Origin: Octopus bimaculoides | Taxonomy: Eukaryota | Direction of reading: 5' to 3' | NCBI RefSeq assembly: GCF_001194135.2 | Contig: NC_068982.1 | Location: forward strand, 132,481,794 to 132,532,863 | DNA length: 51,070 bases | In this document: in pieces, positions 12,465-24,390 of the stretch | Position numbering within the stretch: the stretch's first letter is position 1 | Layout: each line of letters opens with the position of its first letter | Program-made: the position numbers and the translations under genes | The notes under the pieces: model-generated | Told to the model about the DNA's origin: nothing | Database searches by the model: none | Seen by the model: only the letters and a program-made list of their open reading frames with translations

Positions 12465-12795
12465 TTTATGTTCCGAGTTCAAATCCTACTGGGGTGAACT
12501 TTTCTTTTCATTTTTCCTAAGTCAATAAATGAAAGTATCAGTCAAGTATAAGATTTGGTACAATCCTTGATCCTTGATCCTTCCTCATAGAAAATTTGTT
12601 CCATTGGTACTTAGAAATCAATATTATTTCATTTTATTCATCTCTCTTAACATTTTGAGTTCCAACTATGCCAAGGTCAACATACATTTCATCCTTTCGG
12701 GTTTGATAAAATAAGTACCAGTTAAGGACTAGGGTATTTGACTTACCCTCTCCCCCAACGTTACTGGACTTGTGCCAAAATTTGAACCGATTTTA
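12465..12795 (+). mobile_element. Two adjacent decayed family B SINE fragments
   Basis: ttccgagttcaaatcc at about 12471, and tttcatcctttcgggtttgataaaataagtaccag at about 12688. Confidence 0.65.
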
Positions 12796-13499
12796 TTTCA
12801 TCTTATAAATAAGACATAATAAATAAAAAAATTTCTAAACATATATTTCCTACTTTAATCTGCATTCTTTATTTTTATCTGTACATTCTCAGAATCATAC
12901 AAGCTCCACATATTATAACACCTTTAGTAGTTACTTCTAACATTAAGATGATAAACTGAGATAAGAATTAAACAATTAACTCAAAAAACACTCAAGATGA
13001 ATGAAGGTATGAAGTAAACTCTATGAACAAGGATCCTTATCAATAAACTTTTGGAAAGTGATATGTTTTTACTATCAGTATAATTCAGATTCTCTCATCT
13101 TATTACAAGAAAATACGCTGATTTCTTACATTAACACATAGCTACACATTTGAAGTGAAATATTTGTTTTGTCCTGTACACAGTTGGTATTTATTTATAT
13201 TAGGTTGTCATAAATTTGTTCATTTTTTTTTTAATCATTTATTTTAATCTTTTCCAGTGTTATCTGAGTTAACACAAAGCATATTCTTATTGTAGTCTTT
13301 TATTCATTTAATCATTTATTTGTTTATTTTGTAGCTTTATTCTTCCTCTACGATATTTATTTATCATTTAGAAAATTCAATGAATTTTACCTCTTTGCAA
13401 ACAAAGAGGTAAAATGGAGTACCAAAAAAAAAAAAAGAATTTTTCTGAAAATCCAATGTATTTATTCATTTACTTCAGAAGAATAACTAACTCTAACAA

Positions 13500-13637
13500 T
13501 TCTAGACTTCTGAGAACCCAGGTACGAAATTTCCCCAAGACACCTGATGAAGGCTGGAGGGTATATCAGCCGAAATGTTGTGTTAACAACAAACAAGATC
13601 AGGACAAATAACCGTCAAATGTAAATAATGTAAATAA
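13500..13637 (+). mobile_element. Short hammerhead-bearing retroelement (Penelope pLTR-derived or retrozyme-like)
   Basis: Flanked by a perfect 12-bp direct repeat TAACTCTAACAA (13488-13499 and 13638-13649). Has a 3' tandem AATGTAAAT tail and an internal hammerhead core. Confidence 0.75.
13539..13584 (+). ncRNA. Minimal type I hammerhead ribozyme motif
   Basis: Stem I GACAC/GTGTT; core CTGATGA at 13544-13550; extra A at 13551; stem II GGCTG/CAGCC; GAAA at 13572-13575; minimal stem III ATGT, probably from palindromic ACGT by CpG decay. Predicted cleavage is after 13579. Confidence 0.8.
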
Positions 13638-14059
13638 TAACTCTAACAAAATTTAAACTCTACAGATAAAGGTGCAGGCATCACTACATTATCATGAAGT
13701 TCATTTAGCAACCATATTGTTTTGGTTTTGTTCATAATGCACAGTAATTTAGATATGTTCTACTATAGCTTTAAGTTGAATGATATTGTGTAAGTGGAAT
13801 TTAGTTGATGGAAGCTATACAGAAACCCATCTTTGTTTCTTTGGCATCCATCTTTCTTGAGAGACAATAGAGGTTTGCACCATTGGACAATCAAGATTTG
13901 AGTTGCGGCTCAGTGCAGAAGGGTCAAACCATCACTATATTGTAGTTACAGCTTTTCACAGTAGCACTAAGGCAATGAATTGTTTTAGCCATAGCTTTTG
14001 ATTTGTAACTATAGACAAGGATACATACCTGGCAGGCTTGTCATGGCCTCAAGTAGTAA

Positions 14060-14251
14060 TACCCTTGAAAGGCTAGAGGGAAAGACTAAACAGTGCCAGC
14101 ATTTGTCAATCACTTACTTTAGCTGAATAGACAAATGTAAGATGAAATAAAGTACCTGGCTCAAGAATGAGATGCAGTGCCTGTTCAAGAAATTGATCAC
14201 AAATCTTCATTATCATGAGTCCAACACTTTAACCACTGGGTCATGCACTTT
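14060..14251 (-). mobile_element. Family D CORE-like SINE (old)
   Basis: cacttacttttagctgaatagac..tgaaataaagtacctggctcaagaa..ttaaccactgggtcatgcac. Confidence 0.6.
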
Positions 14252-14709
14252 CATAATCAGCAATAGTATAGTATATAGGAGGAGATTGAGAGGGTTGGCT
14301 TGAGAAGGGAGGACACCCAAAACCAGGCAAGATGGTGTGATGGTGGTTGGTATAGCATTGAGGTAGATCTGGCCACCCCTGTTAACGGGGACAAAACTCG
14401 GATTCAAAATGATGGATGATGATGATAATACATATTGCTGTATCATACTTACTCGTAGGAGATGACTGTGCCTGCATGCATTTCAAATAAGTCATGAAAA
14501 TTACCTTTAAACATTAGGGATATTAATTTTTTTAATTACTACCTCAACAATAATTATTTAAATATGTGCAATTAGGAAAGTAATTTAGATACATAAATTT
14601 TAATTAGTTACTCATCTTGTGTAAATAGAAAATACTTTCAGAATATTAGAATGATAAAATAAAACTCATTCTTCTTTTATTGACATACATATCAAATTAG
14701 AAATTTCAG

Positions 14710-14890
14710 TGCCATCATCAACATCATCATCATCATCATAACAACCACTCCTCTATGCTTGTATGGATCAAAAGGAATTCATTGAAGCTGATTTTCTATA
14801 GCTTGATGCCTTCCTATAATCACTCCTTACTTGTTGCCAAACAAGTTAATATTTCCCATGATCAGACATGTTTTTTGCAGAAGACTGGGT
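14710..14890 (-). mobile_element. Family A-related SINE fragment
   Basis: (CAT)n followed by ctctatgcttgtatggat..tttctatagcttgatgccttccta. Confidence 0.55.
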
Positions 14891-14991
14891 ATTAATGGCA
14901 TTGCTTATATGATGGTGATACTATGTTAGAACCATCATGTGATGACAAAAACAGGGATGCAAATACCTCTACACACACCCACACATGTATG

Positions 14992-15022
<31 letters not shown>

Positions 15023-15432
15023 GTGCATACATATAATATACATATAAATATANNNNNNNNNNNNNNNNNNNNNNNNNNNNNNNNNNNNNNNNNNNNNNNN
15101 NNNNNNNNNNNNNNNNNNNNNNNNNNNNNNNNNNNNNNNNNNNNNNNNNNNNNNNNNNNNNNNNNNNNNNNNNNNNNNNNNNNNNNNNNNNNNNNNNNNN
15201 NNNNNNNNNNNNNNNNNNNNNNNNNNNNNNNNNNNNNNNNNNNNNNNNNNNNNNNNNNNNNNNNNNNNNNNNNNNNNNNNNNNNNNNNNNNNNNNNNNNN
15301 NNNNNNNNNNNNNNNNNNNNNNNNNNNNNNNNNNNNNNNNNNNNNNNNNNNNNNNNNNNNNNNNNNNNNNNNNNNNNNNNNNNNNNNNNNNNNNNNNNNN
15401 NNNNNNNNNNNNNNNNNNNNNNNNNNNNNNNN

Positions 15433-15723
15433 CTAAAAACAGAAACAATTCCTATCATAGTAGGTGCCTTAGGTATAATAAAAAAATATTCAGACAAATA
15501 CATAACAAAACACCAGGACTTACAAATATATATAACATACAGAAAATTGCACTACTGGGCACTGCACACATCCTACGCAAAACACTTTCAATACAGTAAC
15601 CATAAGAGCATCACAGCAAACCACAGCACATACCCAAGGCACACAGAGCTGTGCTCGGTAGTGAAGTGAAAGCACGTTATAAAAATAAAACTACTGAACA
15701 ATAATAATAATAATAATAATAAT
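15433..15723 (+). mobile_element. R4/Dong-like non-LTR retrotransposon 3' end
   Basis: LKTETIPIIVGALGIIKKYSDKYITKTPGLTNIYNIQKIALLGTAHILRKTLSIQ*, then a 3' UTR and (AAT)n tail. The upstream part is lost in the N-gap. Confidence 0.85.
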
Positions 15724-15789
15724 ATATGCATATATACACACATACATGTACATGCCTACATGTATATATATATATATATACATGCATAT

Positions 15790-16423
15790 ATGGGTACATG
15801 ATGTCAAAAAGAAAAGTAAACAAAATGAGAAATGCAAACAAAAAAAACAAAAACATAGAAAACGAACTTTTTCAATCTAAAGGTCTTCACCCACGTAAAG
15901 TATTGTTATCTGTTTGGTGGGATATGAAATGTTTAGTCCACTTTAAACTTTTAAACCTAAACTAAATTATAACAAAAGGGATCTACTGCAATCAGCTTGA
16001 GCAGCTTAAGTCAGCTCGAGAAGAAAAACAACTGTCTTTAGTTTCAAGGCAAAAGGTGTTCTTCCATCAGGATAATGTTTGGCCACATACAGCAAGAATG
16101 ATATTCCAAAGGCTGGAGCAGTTTGAACGGGAAATGATGCCTTACCCACCATATTTGCCAGGCATTGCCCCATCTCATTATCATTTATTCCACAGTCTTC
16201 AAAATCATTTGGACAGAAATGATATGAATTCTGTAGCTGGAGGAGTATTTTTTGTCATAGACAAGTGAATTTTGGAAGAGGGGCCTTGCAAGTCTATCAG
16301 ACAGATTGAAGAGCATTGTAGAAAATGAAGGAGAGTATATTTTAGATTAAAAAAGAACTTGGTTTATCTTAATTTTGAAAATGAAAATATAAAAAGACTG
16401 CATTTTTTTACGGGATGACCCAA
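15790..16423 (+). mobile_element. Mariner (DD34D) transposon, 5'-truncated, decayed
   Basis: GLHPRKVLLSVWWD and FHQDNVWPHTA..PYPPYLPGIAPSHYHLF, with 34-residue spacing and the third D mutated to H. Right TIR ..cgggatgacccaa followed by TA. Confidence 0.9.
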
Positions 16424-16435
16424 TACGTATATATA

Positions 16436-16660
16436 TCTTTTACTTGTTTCATTTTTTATCTTTTACTTGTTTCAGACTTTGGACTGCAGCCATGCTTGAA
16501 GGGTTCATAGCTAAACAAATACTTATATCTGAGCCTGGTACTTACTCTATCAGTCTCTTTGCTGAACTGTTATGCTACAAGGTTGTAAGCAAACCAGCAC
16601 TGATTGTAAGCAGTGGTAGTGGAAAAACACAAACACAGATAGCAAACACACATACACACA

Positions 16661-16705
<45 letters not shown>

Positions 16706-16785
16706 GTGTGTATACATATATATGTGTATATACAAATATATATGTGTATGTACATATATATATACATATACATACACATATGCAT

Positions 16786-16833
<48 letters not shown>

Positions 16834-16980
16834 ACATAGTAGTTTTTTTTTCTTTTAGTTTCTTTTTTCCAAATCCACTCATATGGCTTTGTTTAGTGGA
16901 AGACACTTGCCCAAGATGCTGTGCAATGATACTGAAGCCAAGATTACAAGGTTGGGAAGCAAGCTTCTCAACACACAACC
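16436..16980 (-). mobile_element. Family C SINE with internal (CA)n/(TA)n
   Basis: cttttacttgtttcagactttggactgcagccatgct..gaagacacttgcccaagatgctgtgcaatgatactgaa..gttgggaagcaagcttct. Confidence 0.8.
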
Positions 16981-16996
16981 AACCCTATACATAACA

Positions 16997-17215
16997 TTGA
17001 TTTCAAATTTTGGCACAATGCCAGTAATTTCCGGGGAAGGGATAAGTTGATTACAATGAACCCCCACCACCACCACCACCACCACCACTGTTCAACTAGT
17101 ATCTATTTTATTGTCTGCAAAAGGATGAAAGGTAAAGTTGACCTCGGCAGAATTTGAACTCAGAACGTAAAGATGGATGAAATGCCGCTAAGCATTTTGC
17201 CCTGCATGCTAACAA
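16997..17215 (-). mobile_element. Family B SINE
   Basis: gatttcaaattttggcacaa..aaaggatgaaaggtaaagttgacctcggcagaatttgaactcagaacgtaaag..ccgctaagcatttt. Confidence 0.85.
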
Positions 17216-17697
17216 TGCTGCTTACCCCTATATATAACATTAAGAACTTGTATGTACACGTGTGTGTATGTGTGTGATTATCATGAGCATTCTTGCTATT
17301 ATTAACTATTCCAGTATCATCATGCAGGCCAGGGTGGTGCGGGGAGAGATCTATTCAACAGCTCATCTCACTGGACTTATTTTTATCTTCTTAAAAGAAA
17401 ATTCAAGGTTATTATTTCTATCAATGGAGAAAGCCATCTATCCAAAATAAAATGGATCAAGTCCTGTTTATGGTGGGATTAATTGCATACTGCCTGTTTA
17501 ATTTGACAGGAGCTTGATAATGGCAGAAGACATAATGAGTCATTATGGAGATCAGATGAGAATATACGATCAAATAAAGATTCCTCAAATGCTGTTTGAC
17601 TTGCTAATGGCTTGTAAGGACTATATTTTAAATCAACTGGGAATCAACATCAAGCCATAGAATTCTTATAAATTTAGTAAATATAAAAAGCCTGTCA

Positions 17698-18076
17698 TAG
17701 GTGCAGGCATGGCTGAGTGGTTGAGAAGTTTGCTTCCCAGTTGTATTGTTTCAGGTTCAGTCCTACTGTATGGCACTTTGAGCCTTTAAGCAAGCGTTTT
17801 CTAAAACAGCCTCTGGTGGATGGAATTTGATTGCTGGAAGTTACACAAAATCCCATCACATACACACACACACACACATACATGTGAATATGTATATATA
17901 TATATATATATATATCATCATCATCATCATCATCCTCATCATCGTTTAACGTCTGTTTTCCATGCTGGCATGGGTTGGACAAAGAATAAGTCCTAGGGTC
18001 GATTTGCTCGACTAAAGGCGGTGCTCCATCATGGCTGCAGTCAAATGACTGAAACAAGTAAAAGAGTAAAAGAGTA
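17698..18076 (+). mobile_element. Family C SINE with an inverted family A tail inside its microsatellite
   Basis: Family C head at 17698-17860, (TA)n(CAT)n, antisense family A tail at 17914-17980, then the family C tail aagaataagtcctagggtcgatttgctcgactaaaggcgg..aaaagagtaaaagagta. Confidence 0.8.
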
Positions 18077-18759
18077 ATTGTCCCCTTGGATCAATTGTTT
18101 CATGGGTCACATGTCTCAGCCTGGAACTACAAAGTGTTTAATCTGGTACTTTTCAGTTTTTGCCAAGCACTTCTCAATCTCCCATTCTTTTTCATTCATG
18201 TTGCTTCAACAAGCTTCCTTAAGTTACCACATCAGACCAAGTTACTAATATCACCTTTTAAAAAGGAGCATTTGTTTATGTTATTAACAACTAAAGCCTA
18301 ACCCTGTTTATCTGAAATCTTCAATGTCTGTGTTTTGTTTCTTTTTTAGTAGTGAAACAATAAGTGTGTCATGTTACATGTCACCACAAAAATTTCTCAT
18401 AAGCTAGAAATAATAGGAATGTGTTAATCTTTTGTTATAACTAACAGCTTGGACCAATCAACAAATGAATATATTGAAAATGTCTTAGAATTATGAGAAG
18501 TGAAAATATCAACAAAAGAAACACCAATAACAGCACTGAAAGCAGTAACCATAGCATCATCATTCATGACTTGTATAGAAAACGATGCTAATAATCATAG
18601 TAATGACTGTTTATTGAAGGAATGGTAAAATAATTGAAGCTATTCTAAGCCAACAAACATACAGATGGTAATGGTGGTGCCGGTGGTGGTGGTAGAAGAG
18701 CAACATGATTGTATGTGCATAAAGTCAATTTATACATACATAGATGTAATTCTATACAC

Positions 18760-18817
18760 ATCCAACCCATGCCAGCATGGACAACGGACGTTAACTGATG
18801 ATGAAGATGGTGATGAT
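18760..18817 (+). mobile_element. Family A tail fragment
   Basis: tccaacccatgccagcatggacaacggacgttaa followed by GAT repeats. Confidence 0.75.
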
Positions 18818-18824
18818 ACACATG

Positions 18825-18866
<42 letters not shown>

Positions 18867-20948
18867 AATATATATGTACACATATATAATATACATATAC
18901 ATACATACACATACACATTACATATTACATACATATGTACTTGACTGGCAAGTAAAGGCGTGAAATGTCAACATTCATGCATATACACACAAATGCATGC
19001 ATGCACACACACACAAACACTCACACACACACACACACACACACACACGAGTATTGAAAACTGTTTAATTTGTTTCATGAGAAATTATTTAAATGCTCCA
19101 GTTGTCCATAACTTACATCTTAAAGAATACGTCAATTTTCATAGAAGTGATTCTTACAAGATATTGTATACACCTATAGCCATACATGCTCTTGTATACA
19201 GTTTTGAAATATTCAGGTAGTAAGGTACATAAAAACAGTTATGCTTGAGACATATATTTATATGCAGCACAAAATACAGATTTTAAAATAAAGAAAAAAA
19301 TATATATAATCGAAGAGCATTATGCAATATCTTATCTCAGCAGCTGTTTCAAGAGACTGAGCTTATGTGATAAACTATATTCATAGGTGATATATACATG
19401 ATATCATAAGTATGCAACCAGCAACAAGTCCAGATGAAATTATTATCCTTCTTAGCTATATTACTCATAACATGTCATTGAAACATTTAATACATCCGTA
19501 TGTTTGTTGGTTGTGAAGCTTCAAACATTCAAACATTTAATATATGTCAGTTACATTCAAGGACTTCTATTGTATTAATATACTATTTCATGTTCATTTA
19601 TGGGCTTCATTGGTCTTTCATTTCTAGTATTAAAGACCTCCTTTTAGACCGGGTTATCCACAGCATGTACTACTAAGACTCTCTCTCTCTCTCTGACCCA
19701 CACTTTATCAACTCTGATATGCTTCACATTTTTGATATGCACCACTTCACTTGCCTCATCTGTGCATTTAGGACCTGCTTGCTACTATATCTAACATTGC
19801 ACATTCCTGCACAAAATAATAGCATCCCTCATTACTCCCTAACCTTGTGCATATATATATCATCCACTTTCAATCCAGTCAGTTGACATCAAATTTAAAC
19901 TTCTTCTATTGAGAGAGACCTTATAAACGATCTCTACTGGACAGTGATAGGGCAAGGGCTCTCAGTACATGAGGATGCTAAGACATTTTTAGTGCTCTCA
20001 CCTTAATTAACAAGTATGCTAGGTCAGAGGAAATTCTATATCTTTTTACACTTGCAACTGTCCTTTCATTGCTCCCACCTTGCTATGCTTCTGCTAATGA
20101 ACAACAGCAGCATAGACACTTTTAACACCACAAAGACACGATCATTGTTCATATGAAAGAAATAATCATGTAATTTACCCTCTTTAGCATAGAAACAGTA
20201 CACAAATAAATGCTAGTTCCTAATGATCTCTATTCATCATTCCTGGTGATCTTAAATATATAATGTAGCAAAAACTGTATCCCAGAGAGTAGTCTTTTTC
20301 ATTAGGGAGAGAAAATACTTCAGCTTTAATTAGCAGCTGACTATTTAGAGAGATCACTACTCACAACGAAATATTACTTTCAATGTTCTTGCAAATACTG
20401 ATGTACAGACATTGAAATTGGTCAATTGTATCGATTTCACTAGTCTTGGAGATCCTGCAAAGGTTAAAAGTACTACATCATTCTCAGGACAAAACCATAT
20501 TATCTTGTCTTATAATCATATTATATATAACATTTATTCCATTAATGGTCAGTAATCCTACTTTAATATAATTATTGTGCACTAATGGAACCCTATTTCA
20601 GACCTATGAAAAGTAAATTGCAATCAAGTTTATATTTCAACTGGTTTGGTCTCTGAGCATTGTTAGCTGTCACTCAGGATTCTGTATTTTTAATGCTAAA
20701 AGCTTAGAAGTTATTCAAATTTACATTTTAGTAATGGCAGCCATATTAAGGTGATATCAATATTGTGTTTATCAGCTGGGTAATCTATAGGAGTTATAAG
20801 CATTGTTTCTTTGATTTATCTAAGATTTAACTGTTGATATTTATCTTAATAACACCTTATAATCTCATTAATTCATCTCATTAATACGTTGCATTCCACA
20901 TCTGATTCTGGACATAATTTGCTATGTCACTCTAACAAGAGAGCTTAA

Positions 20949-21131
20949 CCCTTCTTTTGAAATATACAGCTTTTATCTGAATAAGTTTTGAAATTAGTAA
21001 TTATCAAGGTGGTGTTTGGTACATAAAGTAAAAGGGGATTTCCATGGAATATTTCAATTTAGATCACTTTAAAACAGAAAGTTTGTATTATAGAACCAGC
21101 GGTGGTCGCAAGCAGGTTGGTATCAAAAGAA
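20949..21131. mobile_element. piggyBac-like MITE, same family as 1030-1249 (decayed)
   Basis: TTAA CCCTTC.. start and ..ggttggtatcaaaagaa TTAA end; interior similar to 1030-1249. Confidence 0.6.
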
Positions 21132-21296
21132 TTAAGTAGTATAATTTTCCAAAGTTTCTTTAAGAAGGTGTAAAGACAAAGATTTTGAGGAAAGGAATAA
21201 ATGAATGTTGTAACGTTCATGTCTCTCTGAAAAACATGAGAGAATAAAGTGAAGAAAACAGGCTTCAACTATGAATCAAAACTTGTTTTTTTTTAA

Positions 21297-21512
21297 AGCC
21301 TTTAGCATTTAAACAAGCCATACCTCTCTCAAATAGTCAACCGCTTTTATATTCAAGCTAGCAAGATCCTGCCTCTCACACTTTCCCTACAATTTCATTT
21401 TGAAAATATACAATAACATCATTGAAATTTCAGCAAGATGATAAAAGATTAGTTGAAAACAATGTGAATAAATAAGCATTACATTTGACAGAGTAATCTG
21501 AATGCTAAAGGG
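21297..21512. mobile_element. piggyBac-like MITE, second family
   Basis: Left ttaa(ag)cctttagcattt and right aatgctaaaggg TTAA form an inverted pair. Confidence 0.75.
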
Positions 21513-22149
21513 TTAAATTATAAGAGGTGATTGCAGTATTGTTCATTGAAGGTTTCCAACAGACATTTGCTGGTTTTTCTAATGGTGAAAGTGGAAAGGA
21601 AGTGTTTATAATTTGATGCAGAACAAATATCTCAAACTACTTCATTTGCAAAGCACAGGTTGTCTTTTCTTCTCTGATGTTTATATCTTTCAATATCTTT
21701 TTTATATCTGCAAAAGATATATATACATTCGTGCATATTTATACACACATATACATATATTTGTGTATGTAGATATGTGTGTATGCGCACGCACGCGCGC
21801 ATGTGTGTGTGTGTGTGTCCCTTCCTTCTTGGCTTTGGCTTCCTACTTTGTCACTGTGCATCCATCTCTCCCCTACCCCACATGAACTCCCTATTTTTCA
21901 TCTATCTATAGTTTTATTATACTACTGATCTCCACTCTTTTTTCTTCTGCTATTTATCACATTCACCATGCTAACCCACTCCAATTTCTTTCACCTTGCC
22001 CTCACTAAAAAAAGAACCCAACATATATGTACCATCAACCACTCCTTCACCCTTGCTGCATTCACTTTTATCTCCATCTCTAACCATCAGTCACACTACT
22101 TTCAGCCTCTTGAGGATTTACTCATTCACCCTTCCTGTTCCTCTGTCCC

Positions 22150-22191
<42 letters not shown>

Positions 22192-22491
22192 NNNNNNNNN
22201 NNNNNNNNNNNNNNNNNNNNNNNNNNNNNNNNNNNNNNNNNNNNNNNNNNNNNNNNNNNNNNNNNNNNNNNNNNNNNNNNNNNNNNNNNNNNNNNNNNNN
22301 NNNNNNNNNNNNNNNNNNNNNNNNNNNNNNNNNNNNNNNNNNNNNNNNNNNNNNNNNNNNNNNNNNNNNNNNNNNNNNNNNNNNNNNNNNNNNNNNNNNN
22401 NNNNNNNNNNNNNNNNNNNNNNNNNNNNNNNNNNNNNNNTATATATATATATATATATATATATAGATAGATAGATATATATATTAGAGAG

Positions 22492-22535
<44 letters not shown>

Positions 22536-22773
22536 AGACAGGCAGAGAGATTATATATACTCACATAATTTATTATTCAGTATTATCACAACTGTCTGAT
22601 GAACAATCATGTCAAGTTCTGAGTAAAATTTCTGAAAGCTCTTTGTCAACTCTAAGAAATAGTAAATTACTCTACCTTTGGTATTTGAGTACTATTTTCT
22701 CCACTGTGTTTTGCATCTATGAGCCGATTTGTGTGTGTGTATATATGTATATATATATATGTATATGTATATA

Positions 22774-23380
22774 TCATCATCATCATCAACATCATCGTTT
22801 AACGTCCACCTTCCATGCTAGCATGGGTTGGACAATTTGACTGAAGACTGGCGAACCAGATAGCTACACCAAGCTCCAATCTAATCTGGCAGAGTTTCTA
22901 CAGCTGGATGCCCTTCCTAACGCCAACCACTCCGAGAGTGTACTGGGTGCTTTTACGTGCCACCAGCATGAAGGCCAGTCAGGAGGTACTGGCAACAGCC
23001 ATGCTCAAAATAGTGTATTTTACGTGCCACCTGCACAGGAGCCAGTCCAGTGGCACTGGCAACAACTTCGCTCAAATATCTTTTCACGTGCCACCAGCAC
23101 AAGTGCCAGGAAGGTGACTCTGATAACGATCACACTCAAACGGTGCTATTTACATACCACTGGCACAGAAGCCAGACAGCTGCTCTGGCAATGATCACGC
23201 TTGGACGGTGCTCTTAGCGCTCCACTGGTACTAGTGCCAACACGATTTCGAATTCACTTGCCCCAGGTCTTCGCAAGCCGAGTTTAGTGTCCAATGAAGG
23301 AGAGGTTGGCATGGGTGCCAGTTGTCGAATTTGGTTCGATTTCGATTTCACTTGCCTCAACTGGTCTTCGCAAGTGGAGT
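22774..23380 (-). mobile_element. Family A element with internally repeated ~60-bp modules
   Basis: (CAT)n tcgtttaacgtccaccttccatgctagcatgggttggac; repeated ttttacgtgccacc..gccag..actggcaac modules at 22945-23230. Ends in an N-gap. Confidence 0.8.
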
Positions 23381-23966
23381 NNNNNNNNNNNNNNNNNNNN
23401 NNNNNNNNNNNNNNNNNNNNNNNNNNNNNNNNNNNNNNNNNNNNNNNNNNNNNNNNNNNNNNNNNNNNNNNNNNNNNNNNNNNNNNNNNNNNNNNNNNNN
23501 NNNNNNNNNNNNNNNNNNNNNNNNNNNNNNNNNNNNNNNNNNNNNNNNNNNNNNNNNNNNNNNNNNNNNNNNNNNNNNNNNNNNNNNNNNNNNNNNNNNN
23601 NNNNNNNNNNNNNNNNNNNNNNNNNNNNNNNNNNNNNNNNNNNNNNNNNNNNNNNNNNNNNNNNNNNNNNNNNNNNNNNNNNNNNNNNNNNNNNNNNNNN
23701 NNNNNNNNNNNNNNNNNNNNNNNNNNNNNNNNNNNNNNNNNNNNNNNNNNNNNNNNNNNNNNNNNNNNNNNNNNNNNNNNNNNNNNNNNNNNNNNNNNNN
23801 NNNNNNNNNNNNNNNNNNNNNNNNNNNNNNNNNNNNNNNNNNNNNNNNNNNNNNNNNNNNNNNNNNNNNNNNNNNNNNNNNNNNNNNNNNNNNNNNNNNN
23901 NNNNNNNNNNNNNNNNNNNNNNNNNNNNNNNNNNNNNNNNNNNNNNNNNNNNNNNNNNNNNNNNNN

Positions 23967-24007
<41 letters not shown>

Positions 24008-24015
24008 ATGTATAT

Positions 24016-24390
24016 ATGCAGCTTTTATCTTTTACATGTTTCAGTCTTAGACTGTGGCCATGCTGGGGCATAGTATTGAAGAGTTTAATTGAACAAATTG
24101 TCTCCAATACATCTATTTTTTCAAAATCTGGTACTTATTCTATCAGTCTATTTTCACTGAACCATAAGTTATGAGGATGTAAATAAACCAACACTGGTCG
24201 TCAAGTAATGGTTGGGAAGCAAACTTCTTACCATACAGCCACACCTGCACTGGGCTTTTGCACAGTTTCTGTCTCCAAAATGTCACTCGCAAAGTATTGG
24301 TCAAACTATAACAATGGTAGAAGCAAAGATACTTACCCAAAGTGCTACAGAGCATGATTGAACTTGGAGCTACATAATTGTGACACAATC
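24016..24390 (-). mobile_element. Family C SINE (old)
   Basis: tcttttacatgtttcagtcttagactgtggccatgctgggg..ctggtacttattctatcagtc..gttgggaagcaaacttcttaccatacagccac. Confidence 0.75.

Noticed and set aside
17516-17619. Plus-strand exon candidate SLIMAEDIMSHYGDQMRIYDQIKIPQMLFDLLMA
   Set aside because: It has splice-like ends and one open frame, but no recognisable homology or compatible partner exons; such matches are frequent in AT-rich DNA.
14892-24174. Long ORFs of 150-297 aa in the track (14892-15503, 21968-22474, 23214-24174 and similar)
   Set aside because: They are open only because they run through N-gaps and TA/CA microsatellites.
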